A stretch of DNA of 63,377 bases, filler included, from Octopus bimaculoides (GCF_001194135.2; 6 parts of 5 records of this genome joined end to end with filler, not necessarily neighbours in it), one strand, 5' to 3'. Counted from the whole stretch's first letter, positions 39,585 through 53,499 are shown. Numbers and translations are program-made. The notes: generated from the letters alone by a model not told the origin.

Positions 39585-40200
39585 AAGGGCCCTGGAACAG
39601 GGGGTGCAGCGGGTGCACCCGCACCCCCTAGAATTTTCAGGGGGTGCAAGATCAAAATTTGCACCCCCTACATAATCTTACCAGTTGCAGAAAAAAAGTG
39701 TCTAAAATCTATCGGTATAAAATGGTTAAATTCGATCTCGTTTCAAAACAAAGAAAAAAATAAATATATAAATAAATAAAAGTGATGAAGCTAGCATAAA
39801 ATTCCCTAGGGAGTTTAGGACCACTAACTTCTGAAAGCAAGTAGCGTCAAAATACAAAAAAGTAAGTGACAATAACAACAACAAAACCAGCATGTATGGT
39901 TAATTTTGAATGTATAGTATTACTTGGATTATTGAAGACAGCTCCCATCCAGTTTCTGTCTTTCAATACTTCTCTCCATCTTTCAGTTACCACTCCCAAG
40001 TTCTTTGTAATTGGTGTTGCTAAAGACTTAAAACATGGTCGAATGGATTCGACCGTTTGACCCCAGTCTAAAAATAAAACCCGTTCAAAATTCTTTCAAT
40101 ACAAAACGACCATTCAATATTCCATACTATTATTTGCTTGACCAGTGCCTGGGAAAGTGCCTTTTTTTTCAACCCCAACTTTTGTCTTGATTCACCTTTT
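39585..40200. mobile_element. Probable hAT-type DNA transposon relic
   Basis: GC-rich palindromic end GGGGGTGCAGCGGGTGCACCCGCACCCCC; minus-strand frame with ERW...L...GAVFNNP resembling hAT RW...L...AAxFLNP. Confidence 0.4.
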
Positions 40201-41002
40201 CATTAAATCTTAATTCCTCTCTATCTGCTTGAGTTCCTTAGGAAATAGTTTCCTTTTAGCGTTACTACGAACAAATCGTATCTTAAAGACTTAGTTTAGG
40301 CAGAATGCCTTATATATTGACGACTTTCATTTTTNNNNNNNNNNNNNNNNNNNNNNNNNNNNNNNNNNNNNNNNNNNNTTAATTAATTAANNNNNNNNNN
40401 NNNNNNNNNNNNNNNNNNNNNNNNNNNNNNNNNNATATATATATATATATACAAATTATATACGAAGTTTGAAAGTCTTTCCGTACCAAAAACACTACAT
40501 AAAACATAAATGAAAACTGGCGCCCCCGTTTTAAAATAGATCCCAAATTAAAAGGGTAAAGGTTTATCAATATATTAATTTATTAATAAATCAACAATTA
40601 ATAATTTTTACCAAGCCCTTCGGTATGTAAACACCATTATCGGTGGAGAACTTATTTAAAAGTTCATATACATTTATAAACATAATTAAGGGATCAGCAA
40701 ACATTTGCTTCACCATATACCGAAGTTCATATATTGTGTGTATATATATATATATAGATAGATAGATAGATACGTTTATATATTTGTTTTGCAAGATTCG
40801 TGATGTGAAAGCGTGTGCTGAAACAGATATTGTTATACTTAGGGATGGTCATCGTTTGGCAATTATAGTGAGTGTGTTTAATTAGTAAATGACCATCCCC
40901 TAATATAAGAATGTAAATATATATGTATGTATAAATGTGTACGTGTGTATATATATGCATATGCATACACGTATGTGCATATGTGTGTAAATGAATTCCT
41001 CT

Positions 41003-41210
41003 TTTTTTTTTCTACTCTAAGCACAAGGCCCGAAATTTGGGGGAAGGGGGCCAGTCGATTAGATTGATCCCCAGTACGCAACTGGTTTTTAATTTATCGA
41101 CCCCCGAAAGGATGAAAGACAAAGTCGACCCCGGCGGAATTTGAACTCAGAACGTAAAGACAAACGAAATTTTGCCCGGCGTGCTAATGCTTCTGCCAGC
41201 TCGCCGCCTT
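41003..41210 (-). mobile_element. SINE family A, near full length
   Basis: Reverse complement AAGGCGGCGAGCTGGCAGAAGCATTAGCACGCCGGG ... GAGTAGAAAAAA. Confidence 0.9.
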
Positions 41211-41259
41211 AAATGTGTGAATATATTATATATGCATATGTATATACGTGTGTATGTAT

Positions 41260-41299
<40 letters not shown>

Positions 41300-41812
41300 A
41301 CACACATACACACATGCGAGAGAGGTGGGGAGAAAGAAAGAAACGAAAAGAGAGTATAGGCTGATAACTTCGGTAATAAGTAGGTAAAGATACAGACAGA
41401 TTGGTAGACAGGATTATAGTTTGACAGGCAGTTAAATAGATAGGCATCTGTGTTGGGGAGTAAATGGGAACTTATAGGAATATAAATTTGCATATGGGTA
41501 AGGAAGTGAGTAACATAGGTGCGATCGCTTGCAAATTCAGGTTGGGCTGTTTAGCCATATGGTGCACGCACACACGCACACACGCACACACGCACACACA
41601 CACACACACACATACACGCTCGCGCACGGATAGACACAAGCAAACATACATATGCACGCATATACACACACACACACACCTGCACACGCACACTCACGCA
41701 CACATTCCTGTGTGTACACACACACATGCACACATACATGCATACATACACGCATACATACATGCACATACACTCTCTCTTTTCGTTTCTCTTTCCGTTT
41801 CTCTTTCTGTCT

Positions 41813-41854
<42 letters not shown>

Positions 41855-41929
41855 CTCTGTCTCTTTCACACACACACACACACAATACATTCACACACAC
41901 ATACACTTACACACATACACTCACACACA

Positions 41930-42092
41930 CACACCGGAAGATCGTGGTTTTGATTCTTGGGCCGTGAGATGCGATGTGCTCTTGAGTAAAACATTTCATT
42001 TCACTTTGGTTCGGTCTGCTCAGCTGTAACTGAATAACGTATACGATGGACTGGCGTCCTGTCCAGGAGGAGTATTGTAATTTCAACCACTT
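41930..42092 (+). mobile_element. SINE family E
   Basis: GGTTTTGATTC B-box-like, CTTGAGTAAAACA, GCTCAGCTGTAA, GATGGACTGGCGTCCTGTCCAGG. Confidence 0.6.
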
Positions 42093-42797
42093 NNNNNNNN
42101 NNNNNNNNNNNNNNNNNNNNNNNNNNNNNNNNNNNNNNNNNNNNNNNNNNNNNNNNNNNNNNNNNNNNNNNNNNNNNNNNNNNNNNNNNNNNNNNNNNNN
42201 NNNNNNNNNNNNNNNNNNNNNNNNNNNNNNNNNNNNNNNNNNNNNNNNNNNNNNNNNNNNNNNNNNNNNNNNNNNNNNNNNNNNNNNNNNNNNNNNNNNN
42301 NNNNNNNNNNNNNNNNNNNNNNNNNNNNNNNNNNNNNNNNNNNNNNNNNNNNNNNNNNNNNNNNNNNNNNNNNNNNNNNNNNNNNNNNNNNNNNNNNNNN
42401 NNNNNNNNNNNNNNNNNNNNNNNNNNNNNNNNNNNNNNNNNNNNNNNNNNNNNNNNNNNNNNNNNNNNNNNNNNNNNNNNNNNNNNNNNNNNNNNNNNNN
42501 NNNNNNNNNNNNNNNNNNNNNNNNNNNNNNNNNNNNNNNNNNNNNNNNNNNNNNNNNNNNNNNNNNNNNNNNNNNNNNNNNNNNNNNNNNNNNNNNNNNN
42601 NNNNNNNNNNNNNNNNNNNNNNNNNNNNNNNNNNNNNNNNNNNNNNNNNNNNNNNNNNNNNNNNNNNNNTATATATATACTCACCTATTACCGTAGTTAT
42701 CAGGTTATACTCTCTTTTTGTTTCTTTCCTTCTCCCCACCTCTTTCACAATGTGTGTGTGTATATATATATATATATAGACAGACAGACAGACAGAC

Positions 42798-42848
<51 letters not shown>

Positions 42849-43133
42849 GGGGGGATATGAGGAGTTTTTGTCAGAATGGTTCAAACTAAGAGGTACGCCA
42901 CCAAAATTCCAGTTAGAACAGCGGTTGAAGTTGTGGCTATGTGATGATTGTCTTGGTCAAAAACGGCTAGAAGTGGCATCCCTTTCAGTCACTAGGTATA
43001 TGTTAAAGTAATGAGGAAAGTCAAACAATTAGGTAATGCAGCACAAGCACATTTAATTTCATTTAATTCAATCTAAAATTCGCTATATAACGAATGGTAA
43101 AAATAGTAAACTGTTTCTGGAATATTCCAGCTG

Positions 43134-43170
<37 letters not shown>

Positions 43171-43370
43171 GGAGAGGGAGAGAGGGGGAGGGAGAGAGAG
43201 AGAGAGAGGGAGATAATATACATATTAATTTATGATGGATTTTTTCCCTTATGAGGTTATTTCACGCAAACTACTTGATAAATTCTTATAAAGACTTTAT
43301 CCTATTATTGAATTATAATATTCATACATATATTATATATGCATGTATGTATGTATGTATGTATGTATAT

Positions 43371-43752
43371 ATAGGAAGAATTGTTTTGGAGTTTGAAAAT
43401 GCACCTGAATCTCAAAACGTATAACCGTTTTCAAATTTTGTAATAGATTTATTCAAAAACCAAACCGGTTTCAGTAATATTTTGCTTATCAATAAATAAA
43501 GGGTTTAGAAGAGTTTATTGAAATCACTGTAAACATTTGATCGTTTAAGCACCCTTTTTTTTTAACCGAATTTTATCTTGTAAGTTTAAACTCTCCGAAA
43601 CTCTTTATTTCTTTATTCCTTTTTACCATTGATAAGCAAAATATTGTCGAAACTGGTTTGGTTTTTGAATAAATCTATTTGCAAAATTTAAAAACGACTA
43701 CACGCTTTAAGATCCAGATGCATTTTCGAACCCCAAAACATATTCTCCTATA
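43371..43752. mobile_element. MITE/foldback element with ~120-bp terminal inverted repeats, TA-flanked
   Basis: Arms contain AATAGATTTATTCAAAAACCAAACC / GGTTTGGTTTTTGAATAAATCTATT and AATATTTTGCTTATCAAT / ATTGATAAGCAAAATATT. Confidence 0.8.
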
Positions 43753-43777
43753 TTTACGTAGGAATACACTTCTTCTC

Positions 43778-43836
<59 letters not shown>

Positions 43837-44536
43837 AAGATGCCCTGCATTACGAGAGTAACACGCTTCTGAAAGAAAATTTACCGTGATGCGAAGTCCC
43901 TTAACGTGAAATTAATTGACCCATTGATTGTCGTGTTATAAAGCGATATGTTCCGACAGATACTTAAAAAAAAAGATGATAATAANNNNNNNNNNNNNNN
44001 NNNNNNNNNNNNNNNNNNNNNNNNNNNNNNNNNNNNNNNNNNNNNNNNNNNNNNNNNNNNNNNNNNNNNNNNNNNNNNNNNNNNNNNNNNNNNNNNNNNN
44101 NNNNNNNNNNNNNNNNNNNNNNNNNNNNNNNNNNNNNNNNNNNNNNNNNNNNNNNNNNNNNNNNNNNNNNNNNNNNNNNNNNNNNNNNNNNNNNNNNNNN
44201 NNNNNNNNNNNNNNNNNNNNNNNNNNNNNNNNNNNNNNNNNNNNNNNNNNNNNNNNNNNNNNNNNNNNNNNNNNNNNNNNNNNNNNNNNNNNNNNNNNNN
44301 NNNNNNNNNNNNNNNNNNNNNNNNNNNNNNNNNNNNNNNNNNNNNNNNNNNNNNNNNNNNNNNNNNNNNNNNNNNNNNNCCTTTAGATGTGTGAAAAGGC
44401 GGAGCAGTGTGGTGGAAGGAAGTGGTGTATCAATTACTGTATTAATTATCATTACAATTAGTTGAAAGGTTAGCAGGTTCATGGGCACTTCGCCCCAATG
44501 CACCTCTTACTTGAAGCATTAAATTCTTTACATTCT

Positions 44537-44592
<56 letters not shown>

Positions 44593-45531
44593 AACACACA
44601 CACATGCAAGTACACACGCACGCACGTACACACACACCATTGTGTTGACATACAGCACATGTAGCTACAGGATTTTTTTCTCACTGTTATTATTGCTGTT
44701 GTCAGTTGCTGTATGTAGAGTAAGCCACGGTTTCTTTAAAGTAAACCATGATTCATTTTGTTTTCTTTTGATTACAATTGACTTCAAATGATCAAAGAAT
44801 GCAATATTCTATATAAAATAGACAATAAAGATTGTATACTGCATCTTTCATAAATTCTGTTTACTTTCATATGCTAATAGACAGACAGATCGATCAATCG
44901 ATCGATAGACAGACAAACATATAGACAGATAGATAGATATTTAAGTGTGTAGGTAGATAAGTAATTAACTAGATAGGTAAGCAGGTTGATAGGATGCATA
45001 ACAATTTTCGTCATAAGCACTCCGTCAATAGACGATGATGATTGCCCAAATACAAAGTCGCAATTCTTATCAGAAGTGAATCGCACCGCTTCGCTAGATT
45101 CTACCCTCAGCTGCTGTGACTTACTTTTGGATATTGATATACAATCTCTTCACATTATGTTTAGTTACATCCTTGTATCTCAGTCGGGACCCTACAATGA
45201 TTTTTCTTGCCACTACACAACTATAAATGAAGTATTAGAGTTGTGACTGAGTTTCCTCCAAACCAGCGGAGATTTCGAGACATTAGTATCTTTTCCGGTC
45301 TCGAGAACAAGGCATAGGGTTACTCACTGGTACAAGATACAGTGAATTTTGGTACGCTTATAAGTATAATTTCTAAGATGATTCCAGAATGAGTCAAAAT
45401 TGAAAATGTAAGAATTAGCGTTCATGACAATTCCGGCAAGTAGGAAAATGTTCTTTATTTTGCTTTCTGTTTTCTCATGTAGCTCATAATATAATGAAAA
45501 TCTGAAATGCATAATGTGTTACCCTCTAGCA

Positions 45532-46866
45532 CACCGATTTTGAACCGGGGTTCCCCAGAAACCTAGGGTTCTGCAAAAGATTCCTAGGGGTTCCGTGAGA
45601 AAGAGTAAGATAAGCTAATGCTAATTTCAGAATCGTAATATTATTATTCATGCACAATATATTGGTTATTGTAATATTGTAATATAGACATCATCCTATC
45701 TAACCTTTTATGTTATCAAAAATATATAACAACCATATANNNNNNNNNNNNNNNNNNNNNNNNNNNNNNNNNNNNNNNNNNNNNNNNNNNNNNNNNNNNN
45801 NNNNNNNNNNNNNNNNNNNNNNNNNNNNNNNNNNNNNNNNNNNNNNNNNNNNNNNNNNNNNNNNNNNNNNNNNNNNNNNNNNNNNNNNNNNNNNNNNNNN
45901 NNNNNNNNNNNNNNNNNNNNNNNNNNNNNNNNNNNNNNNNNNNNNNNNNNNNNNNNNNNNNNNNNNNNNNNNNNNNNNNNNNNNNNNNNNNNNNNNNNNN
46001 NNNNNNNNNNNNNNNNNNNNNNNNNNNNNNNNNNNNNNNNNNNNNNNNNNNNNNNNNNNNNNNNNNNNNNNNNNNNNNNNNNNNNNNNNNNNNNNNNNNN
46101 NNNNNNNNNNNNNNNNNNNNNNNNNNNNNNNNNNNNNNNNNNNNNNNNNNNNNNNNNNNNNNNNNNNNNNNNNNNNNNNNNNNNNNNNNNNNNNNNNNNN
46201 NNNNNNNNNNNNNNNNNNNNNNNNNNNNNNNNNNNNNNNNNNNNNNNNNNNNNNNNNNNNNNNNNNNNNNNNNNNNNNNNNNNNNNNNNNNNNNNNNNNN
46301 NNNNNNNNNNNNNNNNNNNNNNNNNNNNNNNNNNNNNNNNNNNNNNNNNNNNNNNNNNNNNNNNNNNNNNNNNNNNNNNNNNNNNNNNNNNNNNNNNNNN
46401 NNNNNNNNNNNNNNNNNNNNNNNNNNNNNNNNNNNNNNNNNNNNNNNNNNNNNNNNNNNNNNNNNNNNNNNNNNNNNNNNNNNNNNNNNNNNNNNNNNNN
46501 NNNNNNNNNNNNNNNNNNNNNNNNNNNNNNNNNNNNNNNNNNNNNNNNNNNNNNNNNNNNNNNNNNNNNNNNNNNNNNNNNNNNNNNNNNNNNNCGAGTG
46601 ACTGAGCAATCCACAGACACGTGTACCCTTAACGTAGTTCTCAGGGAGATTCAGCGTGACACAGAGTGTAACAAGACCGGCCCTTTGAAATACAGGTACT
46701 ACTCAATTTTGCCAGCTGAGTGGACTGGAGCAACGGGAAATAAAGTGTTTTGCCCAAGGATACAACGCGTCGCCGGGAATTGAACTCACGATCGTGAGCC
46801 GAATGCCCTAACCACTAAGCCACGCGCCTATATATATATGTGTGTATATGTGTGTGTGTGTGTATG

Positions 46867-46920
<54 letters not shown>

Positions 46921-47096
46921 CACACAGACACACAGACACACACGCGCGCATATATGATATTTACCGCGTGAACTACGATGAAAATATATGAGAAAGATAT
47001 GGCATATAATTTGTGTGTGTGTGTGTGTGCAGGGGTTCCTTGAGACATGTAATTTATTTTAAGGGTTACGCAAGGGTAAAATGTTGAGAAGCACTG
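45532..47096. mobile_element. Non-autonomous hAT (Charlie-type) element with 8-bp TSD CTCTAGCA
   Basis: TSD at 45524-45531 and 47097-47104; imperfect TIRs CACCGATTTTGAAC / GTTGAGAAGCACTG; GGGTTCC subterminal motifs. Confidence 0.75.
46595..46830 (-). mobile_element. SINE family E nested in the hAT element
   Basis: Reverse complement GGCGCGTGGCTTAGTGGTTAGGG (A box), GAGTTCAATTCCC (B box), CCTTGGGCAAAACAC, GTCCACTCAGCTG. Confidence 0.85.
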
Positions 47097-48442
47097 CTCT
47101 AGCACATAAGCACTCCAGAAAACTATTATTTGCCGATACCTTCAGATTTGCCGATACCTTCAGATCATTTTTGTTTTTGTTTTTATCTATTTACGGTATA
47201 TTACTGACACTTATGATATGTTTACCACAATGGCTAATACTATAATTGCTCAGCATACTTCACACTCCCCTTCGACCGTACGCTTATTTTGCCAGTTTTC
47301 ATCTCAATCCAGATGCTGAGCTGGTGTTCTGAGATCTAGTTTGTGTATGAGCACACTGTCAGAACGGATTGCACTGTTCAGATGGATTAAAGTGGTTAAC
47401 CTCTACCTGTGCTTGCTTTCATTAACGACATGTTTAGCGTACGTCACTTTGATCCAGTATTGAACTTAGCTGATGAAGGTCTTCAATCAACCTGTTTTTA
47501 ATTTTCAAACTGCGGTTGTACTCTCGGAGAATTCTGCAAGCTTTGCAGGTCTACTGCACTAAAAGAGACAAGACTATTGTCATCAACAAACAATAATCTT
47601 CTCCCTAACATGTGTAGTCTTGTTCTTAGCTTCGAACAGAAAATAACTGACAAAGTTAACTTGGATTTAAGTCATTCGGGTAGATGATGTACTGACTAAA
47701 ATACGGTAAAGAAAACAAAACTGACATCCACTGCTACATCTAATTGTACTGGTCGGGAATATATCTACGTGACCTGAGCTCTCATGCCCGTATTGAAGAA
47801 CTTCTGATTAACCACAGTTAGAAATATATAACTAGTTTAGTTAGAAATATTTCTAACTAAACAGTCCGATGAACGGGAACATGAAACTCCGAGTAACAGT
47901 TTTTAGTTATATTTCTGCTGCTTTTAAATAAAGCATATTACTCTACCTCTGGTATTTGAATACTCTTTTCCCCCCTTGTTGCACATTTATGTGTTTACTC
48001 CGGTATTACCTTTATTCTTCGAAACGCCGGAGTTTTAATGGTGGCAGCTGATGAAGGGGATGTTTCTATGTGGCCTGCTTGTTTGTTGCACCTTGTTTGC
48101 CATTTTGTCCTTGTTCTTTTGCCACGTCATGTACCCAGTTATGTATCTATATGTACATGTAGATGAACGTATATACATACATGTACATATATATGCATAT
48201 ACTCATATATTGTTTGTATCACGACAGAACGCACGCGTTACCTTTATACAGTAAGTTTTAATTATTTTTCTAATGCGACTCTCTCTATTTCTATCTCCCC
48301 CTCTCATTCTTCCCTCTACTGTTCTTCGCCTCTACCTGTCACNNNNNNNNNNNNNNNNNNNNNNNNNNNNNNNNNNNNNNNNNNNNTTAATTAATTAANN
48401 NNNNNNNNNNNNNNNNNNNNNNNNNNNNNNNNNNNNNNNNNN

Positions 48443-48496
<54 letters not shown>

Positions 48497-48549
48497 CTAT
48501 CACCATCACCATCATCATCATCATCATCATCATCACCATCACCATCATT

Positions 48550-48582
<33 letters not shown>

Positions 48583-48678
48583 GTTGTTGTTGTCGTCATC
48601 GTCGTCATCATCATCACCTTCATTATCAAAATTGCCAAAATGAAAGAAATCACTTCCATCAACCTCGCCATCACTTTC

Positions 48679-48740
<62 letters not shown>

Positions 48741-49261
48741 ACCACTCATTGCCCTCGTGGCTAGTTAAAAACCGATTATTTTAGTGTTTTATACCGTCTA
48801 TTTTTACATGGTTGCGACAGTCGTGAGTTTTACGAGCTATGATGATGTTGCTGAAATTACCACGTTAAACAACTAAACCANNNNNNNNNNNNNNNNNNNN
48901 NNNNNNNNNNNNNNNNNNNNNNNNNNNNNNNNNNNNNNNNNNNNNNNNNNNNNNNNNNNNNNNNNNNNNNNNNNNNNNNNNNNNNNNNNNNNNNNNNNNN
49001 NNNNNNNNNNNNNNNNNNNNNNNNNNNNNNNNNNNNNNNNNNNNNNNNNNNNNNNNNNNNNNNNNNNNNNNNNNNNNNNNNNNNNNNNNNNNNNNNNNNN
49101 NNNNNNNNNNNNNNNNNNNNNNNNNNNNNNNNNNNNNNNNNNNNNNNNNNNNNNNNNNNNNNNNNNNNNNNNNNNNNNNNNNNNNNNNNNNNNNNNNNNN
49201 NNNNNNNNNNNNNNNNNNNNNATATATATGTGTGTGTGTGTGTATATACATATATATATAT

Positions 49262-49302
<41 letters not shown>

Positions 49303-50405
49303 TACATACACGTGTATCCCCACATGTATGTACGTATGCATGCAAGTATGTATGTATGCACATATGTATGCATAACTTTGCCAATAGAAAGCTTTTGAAA
49401 ACTTAAGTGTCCATCCCATTTGCTTTAATGTAGAAAAATAAGCCATGTGCTTAAATGCATTTTTTATTTGATAATTTTAGACATTCGTTTATTCATGGTT
49501 TACCTTTATCATCTGAAGAAGCCTCATGCGAAGGGGCAAATTTCACATCCACAAAAGATATCAAAAAGGAAACACAAAATATTTCAGATGAATTAAAACA
49601 AAGGATATTGAAATTATGCAACTCTTAATATACAGATATTGAAAAATTCTAAAATGAAACTACATTGTTAATATCTTCAAAAGCAACTGTAGCAATTTTA
49701 CAAGTATTGTTAGTCAGAGGGAGTCCATTAATTTCGGCTTTTTCCCCCACAGGATAGAAAAAAGATATGAGAGTGGTGTGATACAAAGGATAATGCCTCC
49801 TTGCCTTTAGAATAAACCCAGAAATGAGCAACGAGGAGAGTAATATACCTATGTCTTGCCTGAAGGGAAAGGGACTTATAAATGCTTCCATAGTCGCAAT
49901 AAGAAGTTATTGGCCGATGTATGGAAATCTATCGTTTTACATCAACAGGTGAAATGCATATGAGAATGCATGTTGCGAAAAGTTGGCCTCAATTATATTC
50001 GAACCCAGAATCGAAAAGAATGTCACGCCCCCTTTCTGCCCACTTATTAACGATTCTGCCATTCCGCCGTCAAAGAAGAACTGATGAATCTACAGAGCAA
50101 GCTGATGAGAAATAGAAGCAGTTACATGTTGAGTGAGGAGGGTGACACGTACTGAATTGGTGAAATATTTGAACGATAGATTGTTAGTGAAGACGGAACT
50201 ATTAGTTATGGGCAACTACAATGTTGTCCCCTGGGTCATACTATCTAAGTGAAGTAGGATCCAACTCATTTAGTCTGGCAAGGACATCCTCGGGAGTATC
50301 CGTTTTCAGCACTGGAAAGTGATCAGAGTGTTGTGAAGTACCATTATCTCGCATTACTGGCAACAGCTCACTCCTGTCACGATGGGTGACTTACTTTGCT
50401 TAATA

Positions 50406-50482
<77 letters not shown>

Positions 50483-50521
50483 CTATCTATCTATCTATCT
50501 ATCTATCCATCTATCTATCTG

Positions 50522-50558
<37 letters not shown>

Positions 50559-50917
50559 ATCTCTCTCTCACTCTCTCTCTCTCTCTCTCTCACTCTGTGC
50601 ATGTATGTATGTACATGTGTTTACTGCGTGTGTGTGAAATATATCCTTTTTATGGTCGAACATGAAGTACATAAGCTATAATAGTGTGTAAATTTGGGGT
50701 TAAAAATTCCTTGGATAGAAAACATCGAGGGCCAACCATGAAAAACGAACCCACATTCTCTGTAAAAATGGCAGACATTCTGTCAATGTTCACTCGGATG
50801 CGGAAAGGTCATTCGCTGCGAGAATAGTCTCGGGAGAAGGTTTTTCTCATACACAATACATGTGAAAAGACACCATTGGGTTACGACTGACGTTATCGGA
50901 TCGTAAGACGCATTACG

Positions 50918-50966
50918 CTTCTGCGGTTTACACTTCTGCGGTTTACACTTCTGCGGTTTACGCTTC
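50918..50966. repeat. 15-bp tandem repeat x3 (CTTCTGCGGTTTACA)
   Basis: Directly visible. Confidence 0.9.
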
Positions 50967-51391
50967 ATCGGCTACGAATACCGAATCAGACGTTCGTAGC
51001 CCTGTAGGAACTGTTGTTCGTATAAATGAGAACAGCCAATAGTATATCAGCTGATGTGCGCAAACCTTGGTCGAGAACATTCGGACTTGGAAAGTGGGAT
51101 TGCGAGCTCAGTTCCCACCGGAGTCGACTTTGACTTTCATCCAATAGAAGTGGATAACTTAAAAGTGCCAATCCCCTTCTCTTCAAAAAAAAGCTGTTCT
51201 TGTCCCAAAATTAGAAAGAATTATTATTAGTGTTTGTTAGTGTTGCCATTGTTGCTGAAGTTATCAAAAGAAGATGAAGACGAAGAAGGAGGAGGAGGAG
51301 GAGGAAGAAGAGGATTAGCAACAGCAGCAGCAGCAGCAGCAATAGTAGTAGTAGTAGTAGCAGCAGCAGCAGCATTAGTAGTAGTAGTAGT

Positions 51392-51453
<62 letters not shown>

Positions 51454-51459
51454 GACAGT

Positions 51460-51666
51460 GGGTTGACAGAAACGCTGGCGCGTCGAACAAAACGATTAGC
51501 GGCATTTCTTCCGACTGTTTACATTCTAAGTTCAAATCCCACTGAGGTTGACTTTGCCTTCATCCTTTCAGGGTTGAGAAAATAAAGTATCAGTCAAGCA
51601 CTGGGGTCAAATTAATCAACTTTCCCTTCCCCTCAAAATTGTTGTCCTTGTGCCAAAATTTGAAAC

Positions 51667-51667
<1 letters not shown>
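51460..51667 (+). mobile_element. SINE family A, diverged
   Basis: AAGTTCAAATCCCACTGAGGTTGACTTTGCCTTCATCC...CACTGGGGTC...CCTTGTGCC. Confidence 0.75.
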
Positions 51668-51698
<31 letters not shown>

Positions 51699-51932
51699 CC
51701 ATCATTACCATCATCAACCTCATCATCATCATCATCATCATCATCAACATCATTATTTTCAACAACCTCGTCATCAACGTCATCATCATCATCATCATCT
51801 CCATCATCATCATCACCATTATCATCATCATCATCGTTATCATCTTCATCATCATCATCACTATTATCATCATCATCATCATCACATCATCATCGTCATC
51901 ATCATCATCATCACCCTCATTATCATCATCAT

Positions 51933-51964
<32 letters not shown>

Positions 51965-52153
51965 CCCTCATTATCATCATCATCATCATCATCATCATCT
52001 TCCCTTTTATCACTTTTCAGTAACGAGATAACATTCAGGAAAACCAAATCAAATCATTAAACCATCATAATTAACAAAAAAAAAAAGCCCCCAAAAAATA
52101 GAAACAAAAAAAGTGAAAATAAATAGAAATGTAAAAAAAAATAAATGAAATAC

Positions 52154-52177
52154 TAAAAGTAAAATTGCAGCCAACAT
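52154..52177 (-). CDS. Candidate first coding exon (MLAAILLL), copy 1
   Basis: ATG...TTA|GTATTT; two synonymous differences from copy 2; no downstream exon identified. Confidence 0.3.
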
Positions 52178-52749
52178 TGGCCTCGAGTAAGAATTTTGAC
52201 GGTGAATATTGGTAAACCCTCAAGGAATTGCCAAGTAAATAACAAGCACCATTGAAACACACGTTGCACTAATTTTATTGGGTATAGTCATTAATTGGAT
52301 TTTGGTAGAATATATAAATATGGTAACATATTTACTTCCCCTTCTTCAAAATACAATTATAAATCAACGTACAAGTCTATATAACACAACAACGCCACGT
52401 ATAACTTTATGGCTGTAAAACATTTCTATATAACGCGACAACAGTATATAATACTATGTCACACTGTAGCTCTATATAATATTATATGACAGCACATTAC
52501 ATTATATGACCCTGTATAACAGTTTGTTTGTTGGGTTTTTTTTCATCCCTAGACCTTATAATGTCGGCTCGCCGGTTTCCATAACGCATAAGTGATTGTA
52601 TTCACAAACGTTTCTTTGCGTATGTATGTCCGTGTACGTATGGCTTGGTCAAAACTTTGTTGAGATTTCTGGATATGATGGCTCAGAGAAAGGTGATGGA
52701 TGTCCTAATGTTTATCAGTATGATGGGTAAGCCAACACGTACCATCTCT

Positions 52750-53320
52750 CATGTGGTCACGGGCTGAAAATATCATTTCTACAGTTTATGTAGATGTCTG
52801 GGTGAAGAGAATTATTTTATCATAATTCTTTTTTCATTCAGTCATAGCCAGTATTTTCTGCTGCTATTAAAATAATGCTTGCACTTCTCCAAGATTTTAC
52901 ACTTGTTGTAATCTGTAGTGCCTTCCTTTGACGACAATTCATGTCCAGCCAGGACTGTGACATTGTGTCTCTTGAGGATACTAAAGGAGGACTCATGGTC
53001 ATTGAATCTGATTTTAAAAGCACTTTCTGCCATGCACACATACTGCCACCATTTGAGTGTTCATTTGGTCTCCTTAACATTATCCCTACATACAACTGTC
53101 TCTGTGTTGTAGTGACCGTTAAGGGAGCTTGTGGTGCTGTCTCTTTACGAGCTTCCGGCCTCTGTCTCAGGTGTGAGCCTACCCACTAATATTCTCTTTA
53201 TACTTCGTGCACAGCTAATAGAGACTATTAAAGTGTGTCTGTTAAAACTTCTACTGAACCTATTTGTACAAGGCCATTTTAACTGTTTAAATGTCTTGAA
53301 GAAGTGCTTAAGGGTGTATT
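52750..53320 (-). mobile_element. Penelope-like retroelement fragment (GIY-YIG region)
   Basis: SFNRHTLIVSISC, PLNGHYNTETVV, YVCMAESAFKIRFNDHESSF, RKYWL*LNEK. Confidence 0.8.
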
Positions 53321-53370
53321 CGGGAGGCATTTCCCCCAAAATTTGAGGCCTTGTGCCTTCAGTAGAAAGG

Positions 53371-53482
<112 letters not shown>

Positions 53483-53499
53483 TTGAGACTGGGCGCCTG

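Larger units (their letters stand above)
45040..47700 (-). mobile_element. Old RTE LINE (RT to C-terminus) split by a hAT insertion
   Basis: LFVDD...DLQSL at about 47580, IGK-like motif at about 47150, then LRWFG and SRLRYKDV at 45150-45280, in the expected order. Confidence 0.6.

Noticed and set aside
39924-40067. 144-nt open minus-strand segment with TAG acceptor and GTAATA donor
   Set aside because: The frame stays open beyond both splice sites, ERW...L...GAVFNNP resembles a hAT transposase motif, and the region adjoins a DNA-transposon-like end
45328-45501. 174-nt open minus-strand segment with CAG acceptor and GTGAGT donor
   Set aside because: It lies in register within the split RTE, between the post-RT segment and the LRWFG/RLRYKD motifs; a TE remnant is more parsimonious, though exonisation is not excluded without RNA-seq
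47860-48070. Further hammerhead-like words (CCGATGA...GAAAC...GTA, CTGATGAAGGGG; also CTGAAGA at about 10680 and 49513)
   Set aside because: Core or stems are incomplete; at best decayed PLE terminal repeats
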